From Deltaproteobacteria bacterium (GTDB lineage Bacteria > SAR324 > NAC60-12): 64,000 nucleotides of DNA. Shown here piece after piece: positions 12,345 through 22,747 of the stretch. The notes under the pieces are model-generated. The model searched no databases, was not told the origin of the DNA, and saw only the letters and a program-made list of their open reading frames with translations. The translations under genes were made by a program, and so were the position numbers. The first letter of the stretch is position 1. Each line of letters starts with the position of its first letter. The stretch covers positions 1 through 64,000 of the forward strand of contig JAYOTF010000007.1 of NCBI GenBank assembly GCA_038150265.1, written 5' to 3'.

Positions 12345-12641
12345 ATGAAGAAGCTCCTTCTTCTGATCGTGCTGCTTGCAGCCGCTGCTCCTCTGTACGC
12401 CGCTGAAGGCGAACTCGCCACCTTCGGAATCGCCCTGGGTGCTGGTCTGGCCATCTCCGTGGCTGCCCTCGGTGGCGCCCTGGGTCAGGGAGCCGCTGTT
12501 CGTGCCGCTCTCGAAGGCATTGCTCGCAACCCGAATGCTTCCGACAAGATCTTCACCCCGATGATCATCGGTCTGGCGCTCATCGAGTCCCTCGTGATTT
12601 ACGCGCTCGTGATTGCCTTCATTCTGCAAGGCAAGATCTAA
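12345..12641 (+). CDS. atpE: F0F1 ATP synthase subunit c
   Basis: [11 protein letters not shown] loop, ALIESLVIY with the ion-binding Glu. Confidence 0.97.
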   Translation: MKKLLLLIVLLAAAAPLYAAEGELATFGIALGAGLAISVAALGGALGQGAAVRAALEGIARNPNASDKIFTPMIIGLALIESLVIYALVIAFILQGKI

Positions 12642-12655
12642 GAGCTTCCGGCTCT

Positions 12656-12683
12656 GGCGGTCCGAGCCTTCGGGCCGCCTTTT
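12656..12683 (+). terminator. rho-independent terminator after atpE
   Basis: GGCGGTCCGA-GCCT-TCGGGCCGCC followed by TTTT. Confidence 0.7.
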
Positions 12684-12756
12684 CCCCTCCTTTTCCCTTT
12701 TCTCCCATTCAGTGCTAGAGTAACGGTTCAGCGGCCCTGTCTCTTACAGTTACTCC

Positions 12757-14130
12757 ATGGAACGACTCGATCTCTTTCAGCATGAACAGGTGGAGCGTCA
12801 GCGTCGTGAAGCGCCGTTGGCCGACCGCATGCGCCCCCAGACCCTGGACGAATTCATTGGCCAGGAACACATCCTGGCACCCGGACGCCTGCTCCGTCGC
12901 GCGATTCAGGCGGATCAGCTCTCCAGCCTGATCTTTGCCGGTCCTCCAGGGACAGGAAAGACGACCCTCGCCCGGATCATTGCCAACACGACCAGGGCCG
13001 AGTTCCTGGCCCTCAATGCCGTCCTCTCCGGAGTGGCCGACATCCGGAAGGCCATTGAGACCGCCCAGCGCCTGAGCCAGGAACAGCAGCGCAAGACGAT
13101 CCTCTTTGTAGACGAGGTCCACCGCTTCAACAAGTCTCAGCAAGACGCCCTCTTGCCGCATGTGGAAAACGGGACGATCCTTTTCATTGGAGCCACGACC
13201 GAGAACCCGTACTTTGAGGTCAACAAGGCGCTGGTGAGCCGCTCGCGCATCTTCCTGCTGCGCTCCCTGGAAGCGGAGCATCTGGAGCGCATTCTCGAGC
13301 AGGCCCTGCAGGTTCCGGAACGAGGCTATGGAGGACGGCGCATCGACCTGCTCCCCGAGGCTCAGGAGCACCTGGCTCGCGTCGCGTCCGGAGATGCCCG
13401 TGCCGCCCTCAACGCGCTGGAGCTGGCGGTCCAGACCAGTGAGCCTGAACCAGACGGCACCCTCCGGATCACGTTGGCAATTGCCGAGGAGTCCATTCAG
13501 CAGCGTGCGGTGCTGTACGACCGTGACGGAGATGCCCACTTTGATACCGCCTCCGCCTTCATCAAGTCCTTGCGCGGCTCCGATCCTGATGCCGCCCTGT
13601 ACTGGATGGCGAAGATGGTCCAGGGCGGAGAGGATCCCCGGTTCCTGTTCAGGCGGATGCTCATCTTTGCCTGCGAAGACGTTGGCATGGCTGACCCGAA
13701 CGCCCTGGTGGTCACCAATGCCGCTGCCCAGGCGTACGATCAGGTGGGAATGCCTGAGGGCCGCTTTCACCTCGCTCATGCCTGCCTCTACCTGAGCACG
13801 GCGCCCAAGAGCAACACGGCCTTCGCGTTCTTTGATGCCCTCAAGCAGGTGGAGCAAGAGGCTCAGGACGAGGTTCCGGACCCCCTCAAGGACCCCAACC
13901 GCGACGCAAAGGGCCTGGGGCACGGACAGGGCTACCTGTACCCGCACGCGTACCGAGACCATTGGGTTGCTCAGCAGTACCTGCCTCAGGCGCTGCAGGG
14001 ACGCCTCTTCTATCAACCCAGCGACCAGGGGTATGAGGCACAGATCCGGGAGCAAGTGGAGCAACGCCGGCAACAGCAGATCAATGCCTTCCTTGCTCAG
14101 GAAGCCCTCGAACCGCCTTCTTCTTCCTGA
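12757..14130 (+). CDS. rarA: replication-associated recombination protein A (RarA/MgsA AAA+ ATPase)
   Basis: PLADRMRP, GPPGTGKTT, DEVHRFNKSQQD, GATTENP, SAFIKSLRGSD. Confidence 0.95.
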   Translation: MERLDLFQHEQVERQRREAPLADRMRPQTLDEFIGQEHILAPGRLLRRAIQADQLSSLIFAGPPGTGKTTLARIIANTTRAEFLALNAVLSGVADIRKAIETAQRLSQEQQRKTILFVDEVHRFNKSQQDALLPHVENGTILFIGATTENPYFEVNKALVSRSRIFLLRSLEAEHLERILEQALQVPERGYGGRRIDLLPEAQEHLARVASGDARAALNALELAVQTSEPEPDGTLRITLAIAEESIQQRAVLYDRDGDAHFDTASAFIKSLRGSDPDAALYWMAKMVQGGEDPRFLFRRMLIFACEDVGMADPNALVVTNAAAQAYDQVGMPEGRFHLAHACLYLSTAPKSNTAFAFFDALKQVEQEAQDEVPDPLKDPNRDAKGLGHGQGYLYPHAYRDHWVAQQYLPQALQGRLFYQPSDQGYEAQIREQVEQRRQQQINAFLAQEALEPPSSS

Positions 14131-14140
14131 AACCAACCGT

Positions 14141-14344
14141 ATGCCGCAAAAATTGTTTTTCTGGCTGGTGCTGACCGCCCTGTTCGCGTCAAGCTGTTCT
14201 CAAAAGCCCGTTATCTTCTACAAGCACGGAGACACCAACCAGTTTCGGGTCAAGGCGGTTGATGCCTGCTTTGGCGATTTCGACGTGGTCGAAAAGCAGC
14301 GCTTCGGTCCCTACGAGCGGGTGAAGCTGGACTGCCTCCGCTAA
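14141..14344 (+). CDS. small lipoprotein (67 aa, hypothetical)
   Basis: MPQKLFFWLVLTALFASSC lipobox-like signal; two further Cys. Confidence 0.65.
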   Translation: MPQKLFFWLVLTALFASSCSQKPVIFYKHGDTNQFRVKAVDACFGDFDVVEKQRFGPYERVKLDCLR

Positions 14345-14359
14345 CCCTGATGCATCCCT

Positions 14360-14527
14360 ATGGAACCCACGACCCCCTACAGCAAAGAATACCGCGATTA
14401 CATGGAATACGCCCTCCAGCGCTTCCTCATTGAGCACCACCAGTACAGCGAGTACGACGCCCGGATCAAGGTCATGCAGGACTTTGACGAGGTCGAGCAG
14501 CAGGCTCAAAATGAGGGCTACCTCTGA
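14360..14527 (+). CDS. small hypothetical protein (55 aa), not in the ORF track
   Basis: ATG..TGA reads MEPTTPYSKEYRDYMEYALQRFLIEHHQYSEYDARIKVMQDFDEVEQQAQNEGYL; strongly G/C-ending codons. Confidence 0.65.
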   Translation: MEPTTPYSKEYRDYMEYALQRFLIEHHQYSEYDARIKVMQDFDEVEQQAQNEGYL

Positions 14528-14530
14528 GTG

Positions 14531-14557
14531 TTAGCACTCCTTCCACCAAAGTGCTAT
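14531..14557. promoter_or_regulatory. CIRCE element 1 (HrcA operator)
   Basis: TTAGCACTC-N9-AAGTGCTAT versus consensus TTAGCACTC-N9-GAGTGCTAA. Confidence 0.85.
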
Positions 14558-14565
14558 TTTTCCTC

Positions 14566-14594
14566 TTGATTTCCCACACCGGTTTCGCTAGTTT
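14566..14594 (+). promoter_or_regulatory. putative sigma70 promoter of groESL
   Basis: TTGATT-17 bp-TAGTTT, between the two CIRCE elements. Confidence 0.6.
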
Positions 14595-14596
14595 GG

Positions 14597-14623
14597 TTAG
14601 CACTCATCCATGAGGAATGCTAT
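14597..14623. promoter_or_regulatory. CIRCE element 2 (HrcA operator)
   Basis: TTAGCACTC-N9-GAATGCTAT. Confidence 0.85.
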
Positions 14624-14701
14624 TAGCATTCTGGGTATGTTGCCTGCCCCGTTGGGGAGGGCGTGTTTTTCAATAACCGGTTGATCCTGAACAGGAGGAT
14701 T

Positions 14702-14986
14702 ATGCTCAAACCGTTGCAAGATCGTGTGCTCGTCAAGCGCATTGAGGCTGAAGAGAAAACTGCTGGTGGAATCATCATTCCCGATACGGCCAAAGAGAAG
14801 CCGCAAGAAGGGGAAGTGGTCGCCGTCGGCCCGGGCAAGCGCCTGGACAACGGCAGTGTCCAGGAAATGGGACTCAAGGCCGGAGACCGCATTTTGTTCA
14901 GCAAGTATGGTGGCACGGAAGTGAAGATGGACGGCCAGGAGTACCTCATCATGCGCGAGGATGACATCCTCGGCGTGGTCTCCTGA
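14702..14986 (+). CDS. groES: co-chaperonin GroES
   Basis: [34 protein letters not shown] before ATG 14702. Confidence 0.98.
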   Translation: MLKPLQDRVLVKRIEAEEKTAGGIIIPDTAKEKPQEGEVVAVGPGKRLDNGSVQEMGLKAGDRILFSKYGGTEVKMDGQEYLIMREDDILGVVS

Positions 14987-16669
<1,683 letters not shown>

Positions 16670-16698
16670 TTCCGCTCAGTCCCAACTGAGGTTTTTGG

Positions 16699-16734
16699 AA
16701 AGGCGGGCTCGCTTCGGCGGGTCCGCCTTTTTTT
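16699..16734 (+). terminator. rho-independent terminator after groEL
   Basis: AAAGGCGGGCTCGC-TTCG-GCGGGTCCGCC followed by T7. Confidence 0.9.
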
Positions 16735-16787
16735 GTTTGAGGAACGTGAAGACGAGAAGGCGGGGCGGCCTGCTCCCGGAGGCGGGA

Positions 16788-17288
16788 TCAGCTGTGGTCC
16801 GCGATGAACTTGCGCTCCATGATGTTGAGAGGAAGGTTGTGGGCCTGTTTCGATTTCAGGAACTCGAGCTTCTCCTGCACCGCGTCAAACGGATGCGCCT
16901 CTGCCCAGGCCAACGGGTGGGTGGCAAAGGTCCGGAGGGCGTCCAGCGCTTCAGCATCGGGCTCGGCTTCCTGAGAAAACGCCATTCGGGTCAGGGGCTG
17001 AAATCGCCCGTCTGAAAATTCCTTCCCAAAGTAGAGGGTGATCTTCCCGGAGTGCGGGCTGACCATCGCATGCGTCCGGGCAAAGGGGACGAAGCGCACA
17101 TCAAACCGGTGCCCCTCGGTCACCGCTGAGCGCAGACCCAGCACCATGTTTCCCTGAATTTCCATCTCGAACTCGGAGGCCGCCGCCTCAAACAGGGCTC
17201 CCAGAACAGCAGCAAAGGCAGGCCGAACGGCTTCCGGAAAGTGATTCTGAAACTCTCGGTTGCTGAGAAAGGTGTGCAGGTCCATCAC
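16788..17288 (-). CDS. hypothetical protein (166 aa)
   Basis: start overlaps the ClC stop codon (translational coupling); no recognisable motif. Confidence 0.7.
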   Translation of the reverse strand: MMDLHTFLSNREFQNHFPEAVRPAFAAVLGALFEAAASEFEMEIQGNMVLGLRSAVTEGHRFDVRFVPFARTHAMVSPHSGKITLYFGKEFSDGRFQPLTRMAFSQEAEPDAEALDALRTFATHPLAWAEAHPFDAVQEKLEFLKSKQAHNLPLNIMERKFIADHS

Positions 17289-19126
17289 GAAGACTGAATT
17301 TGAAGTTCACGCCGATAGTGATCAAACAGCGTCGACTTTGAGAGCATCCCCAGGAAGCGCTCTTGATCGGCTACAGGAAGGGACCAGGCCTTGGACGACT
17401 CGAACTTGTCCAGTGCCTTGCCAATGGGCTCGGAGAGGTCAATCACCGGGAGGCTCCGCATGATGGACCCCATGGTGACCAGGTCGTAAAGCGTGGTATC
17501 GAAGAGGTACGAACGGACGTCATCAAGGAACACGACCCCGACGCAGGTGTCCTTGCCCTCTTCCAGAACCGGGAAGTAGTTGCGGTGCGCCGTCTTGAAG
17601 ACCCCAACAAACTCCCCCAGCAACATGGTGTCTCGGATCGGAATGAAGTCCTGGTCGAGGATGTCCTTGATGTTCAGGTTGTAGAGCAGGTGCTGGTCGG
17701 AGCCCCTCCGGATCAGGTGCCCCTGTGCAATCAGCTCCCGGGTGTAGACCGACCCGGTTTCAAAGTAGGAGCTGACGACCATGGCGCTGCCGGCGGTGAG
17801 CATCAGCGGCAAGATGAGGGAGTAGCCTCGTGTGGCCTCCATCACCAGGAAGATTCCTGTGAGGGGACCGTGCATCACCGCGGTGACCATGCCCGCCATG
17901 CCTGCTAGCGAGAAGGCGGCTTCGTGTTCCACCAGGCCCAGCGAGAGGCTCTGCATCACCATCCCGAAAGCCAGGCCGACGCCGCTGCCGATGACCAGGC
18001 TCGGTGCAAAGACGCCCCCAATGCCCCCACTGCCAAGCGTCACCCCGCAGGCGACAAACTTCAGGATGATGAACAGGAGCACGAACTCCAGCGTCATCAG
18101 TTCAGACTGGTTGAGGAAGGTCTTGGTCATGTCGTAGCCCTCCGCCAGCACTTCCGGGAAGTAGAACCCCATCAGGCCAATGACGAGTCCGCCGTAAGTG
18201 GCCCGGACCCAGCCCTTGGGCGAGAGGCGGTGGAAGATCTGTTCCCAAAACGGCATGCTGCGGATGAAGGCGATGGAGACCAGACCGGTGATCGCGCCAA
18301 GGCCAATGCAGGCGACGAGTTCCACCGGAGTGAAGCCCGCCAGCTCATGCTGGAAGGTGATCTTGTTCCCGACCATCAGCCGGGAGAGTTCGGTGGCGCT
18401 GACCGAGGCAATGATGGTCGGCAGCACCGTCAGGTAGGTCCACTCGCCAACGATGATTTCGAGGGTGAAGATCAGGCCCGTCAGCGGCGCATTGAAGATT
18501 CCGGAGACAGCCGCTGCCACACCGTAGCCGATGAGGAGCTTCTTGCGACGCTCATTGAGGTCCAGCCAGCGTCCAATCACAGCGCCCCACGCCCCGCCGA
18601 TGCAGACGATGGGGCCTTCCAGTCCCGTTGATCCACCGCTGCCGACAGTGAGCAGGCTTCCGAAGAAGCGCGAGAAGATCATCCGCCGTCGCAAGACACT
18701 GGAGCCAAGAGCCATCCCCTTGATCACATCAGACACCCCATGCCCGGAAAAGTCCCGGATGCCTCGGCGGATGAGGAAGACTGCAGCGCCCATTCCCACA
18801 GCCGGGATGAAGATGCCCCACCACTGGGTGTCCTGCCCATGCAGCAGGTGCCGGAGGGTGTGGACGCTCCAGTTGAGCCCCACCGCCAGGGCGCCCCCGC
18901 CGAGTCCCAGCACCAGCGCGCTGAGCATCATCACCAGGGTTTCGCGGGCAGAGACGCTCTGGAGCTGAGCAAAGCCGTTGCTGTCGTCGCTGGTTCCCAG
19001 TTTGGTGGGGAGGTAGTCAGCGAGCTTTTTCTGCCAGGATTGATTGGAAGTGGTCAAGGAGCTGCTCGGAGGAGTAAGGCTGGCGTAAGGAAGAAGCGAG
19101 GTTGTCGTCTCGGACGAGGTGTGCAA
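17285..19126 (-). CDS. ClC family chloride channel/transporter with C-terminal CBS pair
   Basis: GHGVS, GGSTGLEGP, FNAPLTG, GGVFAP, SVY motifs plus two CBS domains; start uncertain (TTG 19126 overlaps the upstream gene, alternative ATG at 18931). Confidence 0.9.
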   Translation of the reverse strand: MHTSSETTTSLLPYASLTPPSSSLTTSNQSWQKKLADYLPTKLGTSDDSNGFAQLQSVSARETLVMMLSALVLGLGGGALAVGLNWSVHTLRHLLHGQDTQWWGIFIPAVGMGAAVFLIRRGIRDFSGHGVSDVIKGMALGSSVLRRRMIFSRFFGSLLTVGSGGSTGLEGPIVCIGGAWGAVIGRWLDLNERRKKLLIGYGVAAAVSGIFNAPLTGLIFTLEIIVGEWTYLTVLPTIIASVSATELSRLMVGNKITFQHELAGFTPVELVACIGLGAITGLVSIAFIRSMPFWEQIFHRLSPKGWVRATYGGLVIGLMGFYFPEVLAEGYDMTKTFLNQSELMTLEFVLLFIILKFVACGVTLGSGGIGGVFAPSLVIGSGVGLAFGMVMQSLSLGLVEHEAAFSLAGMAGMVTAVMHGPLTGIFLVMEATRGYSLILPLMLTAGSAMVVSSYFETGSVYTRELIAQGHLIRRGSDQHLLYNLNIKDILDQDFIPIRDTMLLGEFVGVFKTAHRNYFPVLEEGKDTCVGVVFLDDVRSYLFDTTLYDLVTMGSIMRSLPVIDLSEPIGKALDKFESSKAWSLPVADQERFLGMLSKSTLFDHYRRELQIQSS

Positions 19127-19697
19127 CTTGAGAGAGGAGGCGCAGGTGATGAGTGGCTTCGGCGCTCAGCAGCACAAAAGCCACAAAGACGGGCTCCCCA
19201 TCAGGGGCCTGGAAGTCCACCGGTTGCTCCGGGTAGCAGGTGGCCACCAGGGAATCCTTCAGGTTCAGGAGCCCCGGAAAGCGCGGATGCGGCACCGCCA
19301 CACCACTGCCGATGCCGGTGGTGGAGAGGGCCTCCCGCTCCAGCAGGTCGTGTGCAAGGTGATCCGGAAGCTTCAGCTCCTGCGTCAGGCGCTTGCCAAT
19401 GTCTTCGAGAAAGGCCTCTTTGCTCGCGGAGGCAAGGTGGGTGTGAACCCCACCCAGGCGCAACGCCCGGATGAGGTCGGTCTCCGTCCGCTGAATCTGC
19501 GCCGACTCTTCAATGTAGAGGTGCTTGGACTTGGCCCAGGCGATCAGGGTTTCCTTGCGGAAGAGGTATTCCCCGTTCCGCAGGGTGCAGGGGATTTCGC
19601 CGAGGCGAATCCATCGTTGGAGGGTCGGTTCCGGAATCCGGAGGAGTTGCACTACATCGGCAACCTTGAGCTGCTGAACCGTGCTCTGAAATGCCAC
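19017..19697 (-). CDS. PTS EIIA (Ntr/fructose-type) protein with N-terminal excisionase-like HTH
   Basis: VADVVQLLRIPEPTLQRW HTH; REALSTTGIGSGVAVPHPR phospho-His motif; HLRLLS. Confidence 0.88.
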   Translation of the reverse strand: MAFQSTVQQLKVADVVQLLRIPEPTLQRWIRLGEIPCTLRNGEYLFRKETLIAWAKSKHLYIEESAQIQRTETDLIRALRLGGVHTHLASASKEAFLEDIGKRLTQELKLPDHLAHDLLEREALSTTGIGSGVAVPHPRFPGLLNLKDSLVATCYPEQPVDFQAPDGEPVFVAFVLLSAEATHHLRLLSQVAHLVRDDNLASSLRQPYSSEQLLDHFQSILAEKAR

Positions 19698-19782
19698 TTA
19701 ACTGTTCCTGAGTAAAGGGCCTGGAAGTCAGGTAGTCAATCTTTCTATCCTAGCACCGTTAGTCGGGTTTGTGAAGATCCTG

Positions 19783-21126
19783 TTAACCGGAGAGGGCAAA
19801 TCCTTCGACAAGCAGGGCCGGAATGTACAGGTGCGAGAGGTTGGGCTGGTACTGGTTTCCGGTGCCCTGGATCTGCTTGAGGACGTCAAAGAAGTTCCCG
19901 GCAATGGTGATGCTGTCCACAGGTTGAACCCGCTGGCCGTTGCGCATCAGAAAGCCCTGCACGCCAATGGAGATGTCGCCACTGACGGGGTTGCAGCCTG
20001 CCGCCCCTTCCAGCTGGGTCACGAGCAGGCACTCCTCGGGGACGGCACAGAGGTCTTCCAGCGAGGCCGCGCCTGTGGGCCAGACGAGGTTGTGCATCTT
20101 GGTGGAGATGCCTCCGGAGTAACTGCGGCCGGCATGCCCGGTCGAGCTGCGTTGGTCGCGGAGTCCGGATTCGACGTGGTAGAGGAAGTTTTGGAAGATG
20201 CCGTTTTCAATGAGTGGCATCGGCTGCGTGAGGACGCCTTCGGCATCCACGAAGCGCGAGCGTGAGCCTCCGGGACGATGGGGGTCGTCCAGGAGCGTGA
20301 GCGACGAGTCGGCAATCGCGTCTCCCAGGCGTCCCTTGAGGCGAGACATCCCCCGCTGAGCCGATTCAGCCGAGAAGGCGCCAAAGTACATTCCGAGCAG
20401 CCGAGGCGCGGTGTACTCGTCCAGCACCACCGGGAGCTTTCCGCTGGGAAGGGGCTTGGCGTCAATCAGCTCCACTGCTTTTGCAACCGCCGTTTCAGCC
20501 GTCTGCCGGGCGGCTTCCGGCTTCCAGACGCGGTCGCTCCAGAAGTGCATTCCGGACTTGCGCCGGTCGTCTTCCTGCAGCAGGGCGCCGCAGTAGGCGC
20601 TGACGCTGTTGCCCCGCTGGTGGTAGTGCAGGCCCCGGGTGTTGACCAGCACCACCTCCCCGCTGCCTCGGGAGGCTCCCAGGTACGGGAGGCTGGTGAC
20701 GCGGGCGTCTTTCGCTTGGGCAGCGGCTTCCATTTCGAGCCCGAACTCCGTCAGCTCCTTGGCGGTCAGGGCCTCCAGCTCCGGAGCGTACAGGCCCAGC
20801 GCCTCGGCGTCCGGAAGCGTCTTGGGGGCGTCCGGAAGAAAGACCCCGGTTTCGTCCTGCAGCAGGGCATTCTCGCAGGCGTTCTCAAAGGCACGGGTGA
20901 TGGCGGCTTCATCCAGCCGTTCGGTGGAAGCGGTTCCGGAGCGTCCGTCCCGGATGACGCGGATGCCGAGTCCCAGGTTGGTGGACTGCTCAATCTTCTC
21001 GGCACGTCCGTTGCGGATTTCCACATCAAGGGACTCTTCGCGTTCAACGAGGGCATCGACCTCCCGGAAGCCTCCTTGTTCGGCAAGGCGTAAAACGTAG
21101 GCTGCCGCCTGTTCCGGAGTGAGCAT
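19783..21126 (-). CDS. pmbA: TldE/PmbA family protein
   Basis: SRFVDAEGV, STGHAGR, NPVSGDIS, ITIAGN; coupled to tldD. Confidence 0.9.
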   Translation of the reverse strand: MLTPEQAAAYVLRLAEQGGFREVDALVEREESLDVEIRNGRAEKIEQSTNLGLGIRVIRDGRSGTASTERLDEAAITRAFENACENALLQDETGVFLPDAPKTLPDAEALGLYAPELEALTAKELTEFGLEMEAAAQAKDARVTSLPYLGASRGSGEVVLVNTRGLHYHQRGNSVSAYCGALLQEDDRRKSGMHFWSDRVWKPEAARQTAETAVAKAVELIDAKPLPSGKLPVVLDEYTAPRLLGMYFGAFSAESAQRGMSRLKGRLGDAIADSSLTLLDDPHRPGGSRSRFVDAEGVLTQPMPLIENGIFQNFLYHVESGLRDQRSSTGHAGRSYSGGISTKMHNLVWPTGAASLEDLCAVPEECLLVTQLEGAAGCNPVSGDISIGVQGFLMRNGQRVQPVDSITIAGNFFDVLKQIQGTGNQYQPNLSHLYIPALLVEGFALSG

Positions 21127-22514
21127 CAGCGACCTCCCACAAGAATGGAGTCAATCTTCAGGGTCGGCTGGCCCACGGTGGTGGGCACCCACCCGCTGGC
21201 GGCTCCGCACATCCCGGCCGCAAGCTCCAGATCGTTGGCAATCATGGAAATTTTCGGAAGCACCTCATGACCCTTGCCAATGAGCGTGGCGCCCCGGACG
21301 GGCTCCGCGATGCGTCCGTTGCGGATGATGTAGCCCTCCTGGACGGCAAAGTTGAACTCGCCGGTGGCCGGGTTGACCGAGCCGCCGCCCATCTTCTTGG
21401 CATAAAGGCCAAAGTCAATGGACCCGAGCATCTCCTCAAGGCTGTGGGGTCCGGGCGCAATGAAGGTGTTGCGCATGCGGGACACCGGAGCAAATTTGTA
21501 CGACTCCCGTCGGGCAGAACCGGTCCGGGCGACCCCGACCTGGTGCGACCCGATGCGGTCGGAGAGGTAGCCCTTGAGGATGCCCTTTTCAATCAGCACC
21601 GTCCGCTGGGTGGGCTGGCCTTCGTCGTCCACGTTCAGGGAGCCCCAGGTGTTGGGGATCGTGCCGTCGTCCACGGCTGTCAGAACGGAGCTGGCGACCT
21701 GCTGCCCCACCTTCCCACAGAAGGGCGAGGCGTTCTTGCGGATCGCTTCCGTCTCAAGCGGGTGGCCGCAGGCTTCATGGAAGATCACGCCGCCAAAGCC
21801 GTTGCCGAGGACCACGGGAATGGTGCCGCCGTTGATGTAGCCAGCATCTGCCATCAGCAGGGCCGACTGTGCTGCACCAGAGGCGAGGGCTTCGAGGTCG
21901 AGGGTTTCAAAGAATTCGTAGCCGCCGAGCACGCCCGGGCTTTCGGAGCCGGTTTGTGGGCCGTCTCCTTTTTCAGCAACTGCCGCCAGCCGCATCCGGG
22001 AGTAGCGGCGCGAGTCTTCCACCCAGAGGCCGTCGCTGTTGGCAATGAGGACGGAGCGGTGCTTTTCGACCATGCCGGCGCTCACCTGCACAATCGCCTC
22101 GCCTTGCTCGCGGGTCAGGGAGTCGAGCTTGCGGAGCAGGTCCACGCGCTGCTTCTTGTCGATGGTTTCCGGATGGACCGCGACGTGGTGGATGTCTTCC
22201 ACCGCGCGGTGCTGGAGGGGCGCTTGCCCTCCGGGCTGTCCGTCTGCTTGCGCCTGCCCGAGGTTCCGGGTCAGGGCCAGGAGGTTGTCCTCTGCAGGGT
22301 CACTGCTGTAACCGTAGTACACGTCATCGCCATAGAGCAGGCGGATGCCCACCCCAAAGGAGTTGGAGGAGCTGATCTCGTCGATCTTGCGGTCGAGCAA
22401 TCCGAGGTTGGAAGACACCGAATCTTCCACAAAGACTTCCACAAAGTCGGCGCCTCGGCTGCGGCCGAGCTCCAGAATGTGGGAAACAGTGGTTTCAGCA
22501 AGCATGGGTTCCAC
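21126..22514 (-). CDS. tldD: TldD metalloprotease
   Basis: FHEACGHPLE zinc motif, DDEG, SRMRNTF, GMCG, VGQPT. Confidence 0.93.
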   Translation of the reverse strand: MEPMLAETTVSHILELGRSRGADFVEVFVEDSVSSNLGLLDRKIDEISSSNSFGVGIRLLYGDDVYYGYSSDPAEDNLLALTRNLGQAQADGQPGGQAPLQHRAVEDIHHVAVHPETIDKKQRVDLLRKLDSLTREQGEAIVQVSAGMVEKHRSVLIANSDGLWVEDSRRYSRMRLAAVAEKGDGPQTGSESPGVLGGYEFFETLDLEALASGAAQSALLMADAGYINGGTIPVVLGNGFGGVIFHEACGHPLETEAIRKNASPFCGKVGQQVASSVLTAVDDGTIPNTWGSLNVDDEGQPTQRTVLIEKGILKGYLSDRIGSHQVGVARTGSARRESYKFAPVSRMRNTFIAPGPHSLEEMLGSIDFGLYAKKMGGGSVNPATGEFNFAVQEGYIIRNGRIAEPVRGATLIGKGHEVLPKISMIANDLELAAGMCGAASGWVPTTVGQPTLKIDSILVGGR

Positions 22515-22747
22515 AGAGTAAGAGTGTCCATTTTCAAGAAGTGCGATAACTGCAAGCAGTGTAAGGGCTCAGGGGAGCCATGGCAAGAAGGCTTCCCCTC
22601 AAAAAGAAGGAAGGCCGGGTCTTTTCTTGAGTATTGAGGACGAGATGATAGCTTCGGGGGACCAAACTGGAGAAGGCCGTTTCTTGCGGCGCCTCCTCAG
22701 ACTCGGGGAGGCGTAGAACGGCGCCCCGGAATTCACTGGAGAATGCG

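Noticed and set aside
11535..12641. F0 genes separated from F1 genes as a novelty
   Set aside because: A split atpIBE versus atpFHAGDC arrangement is common in Deltaproteobacteria-like and several other lineages.
19017..19019. TGA of the EIIA gene as a selenocysteine readthrough codon
   Set aside because: In-frame readthrough does not enter the ClC frame and gives no recognisable protein; the position is not a Cys-equivalent site.
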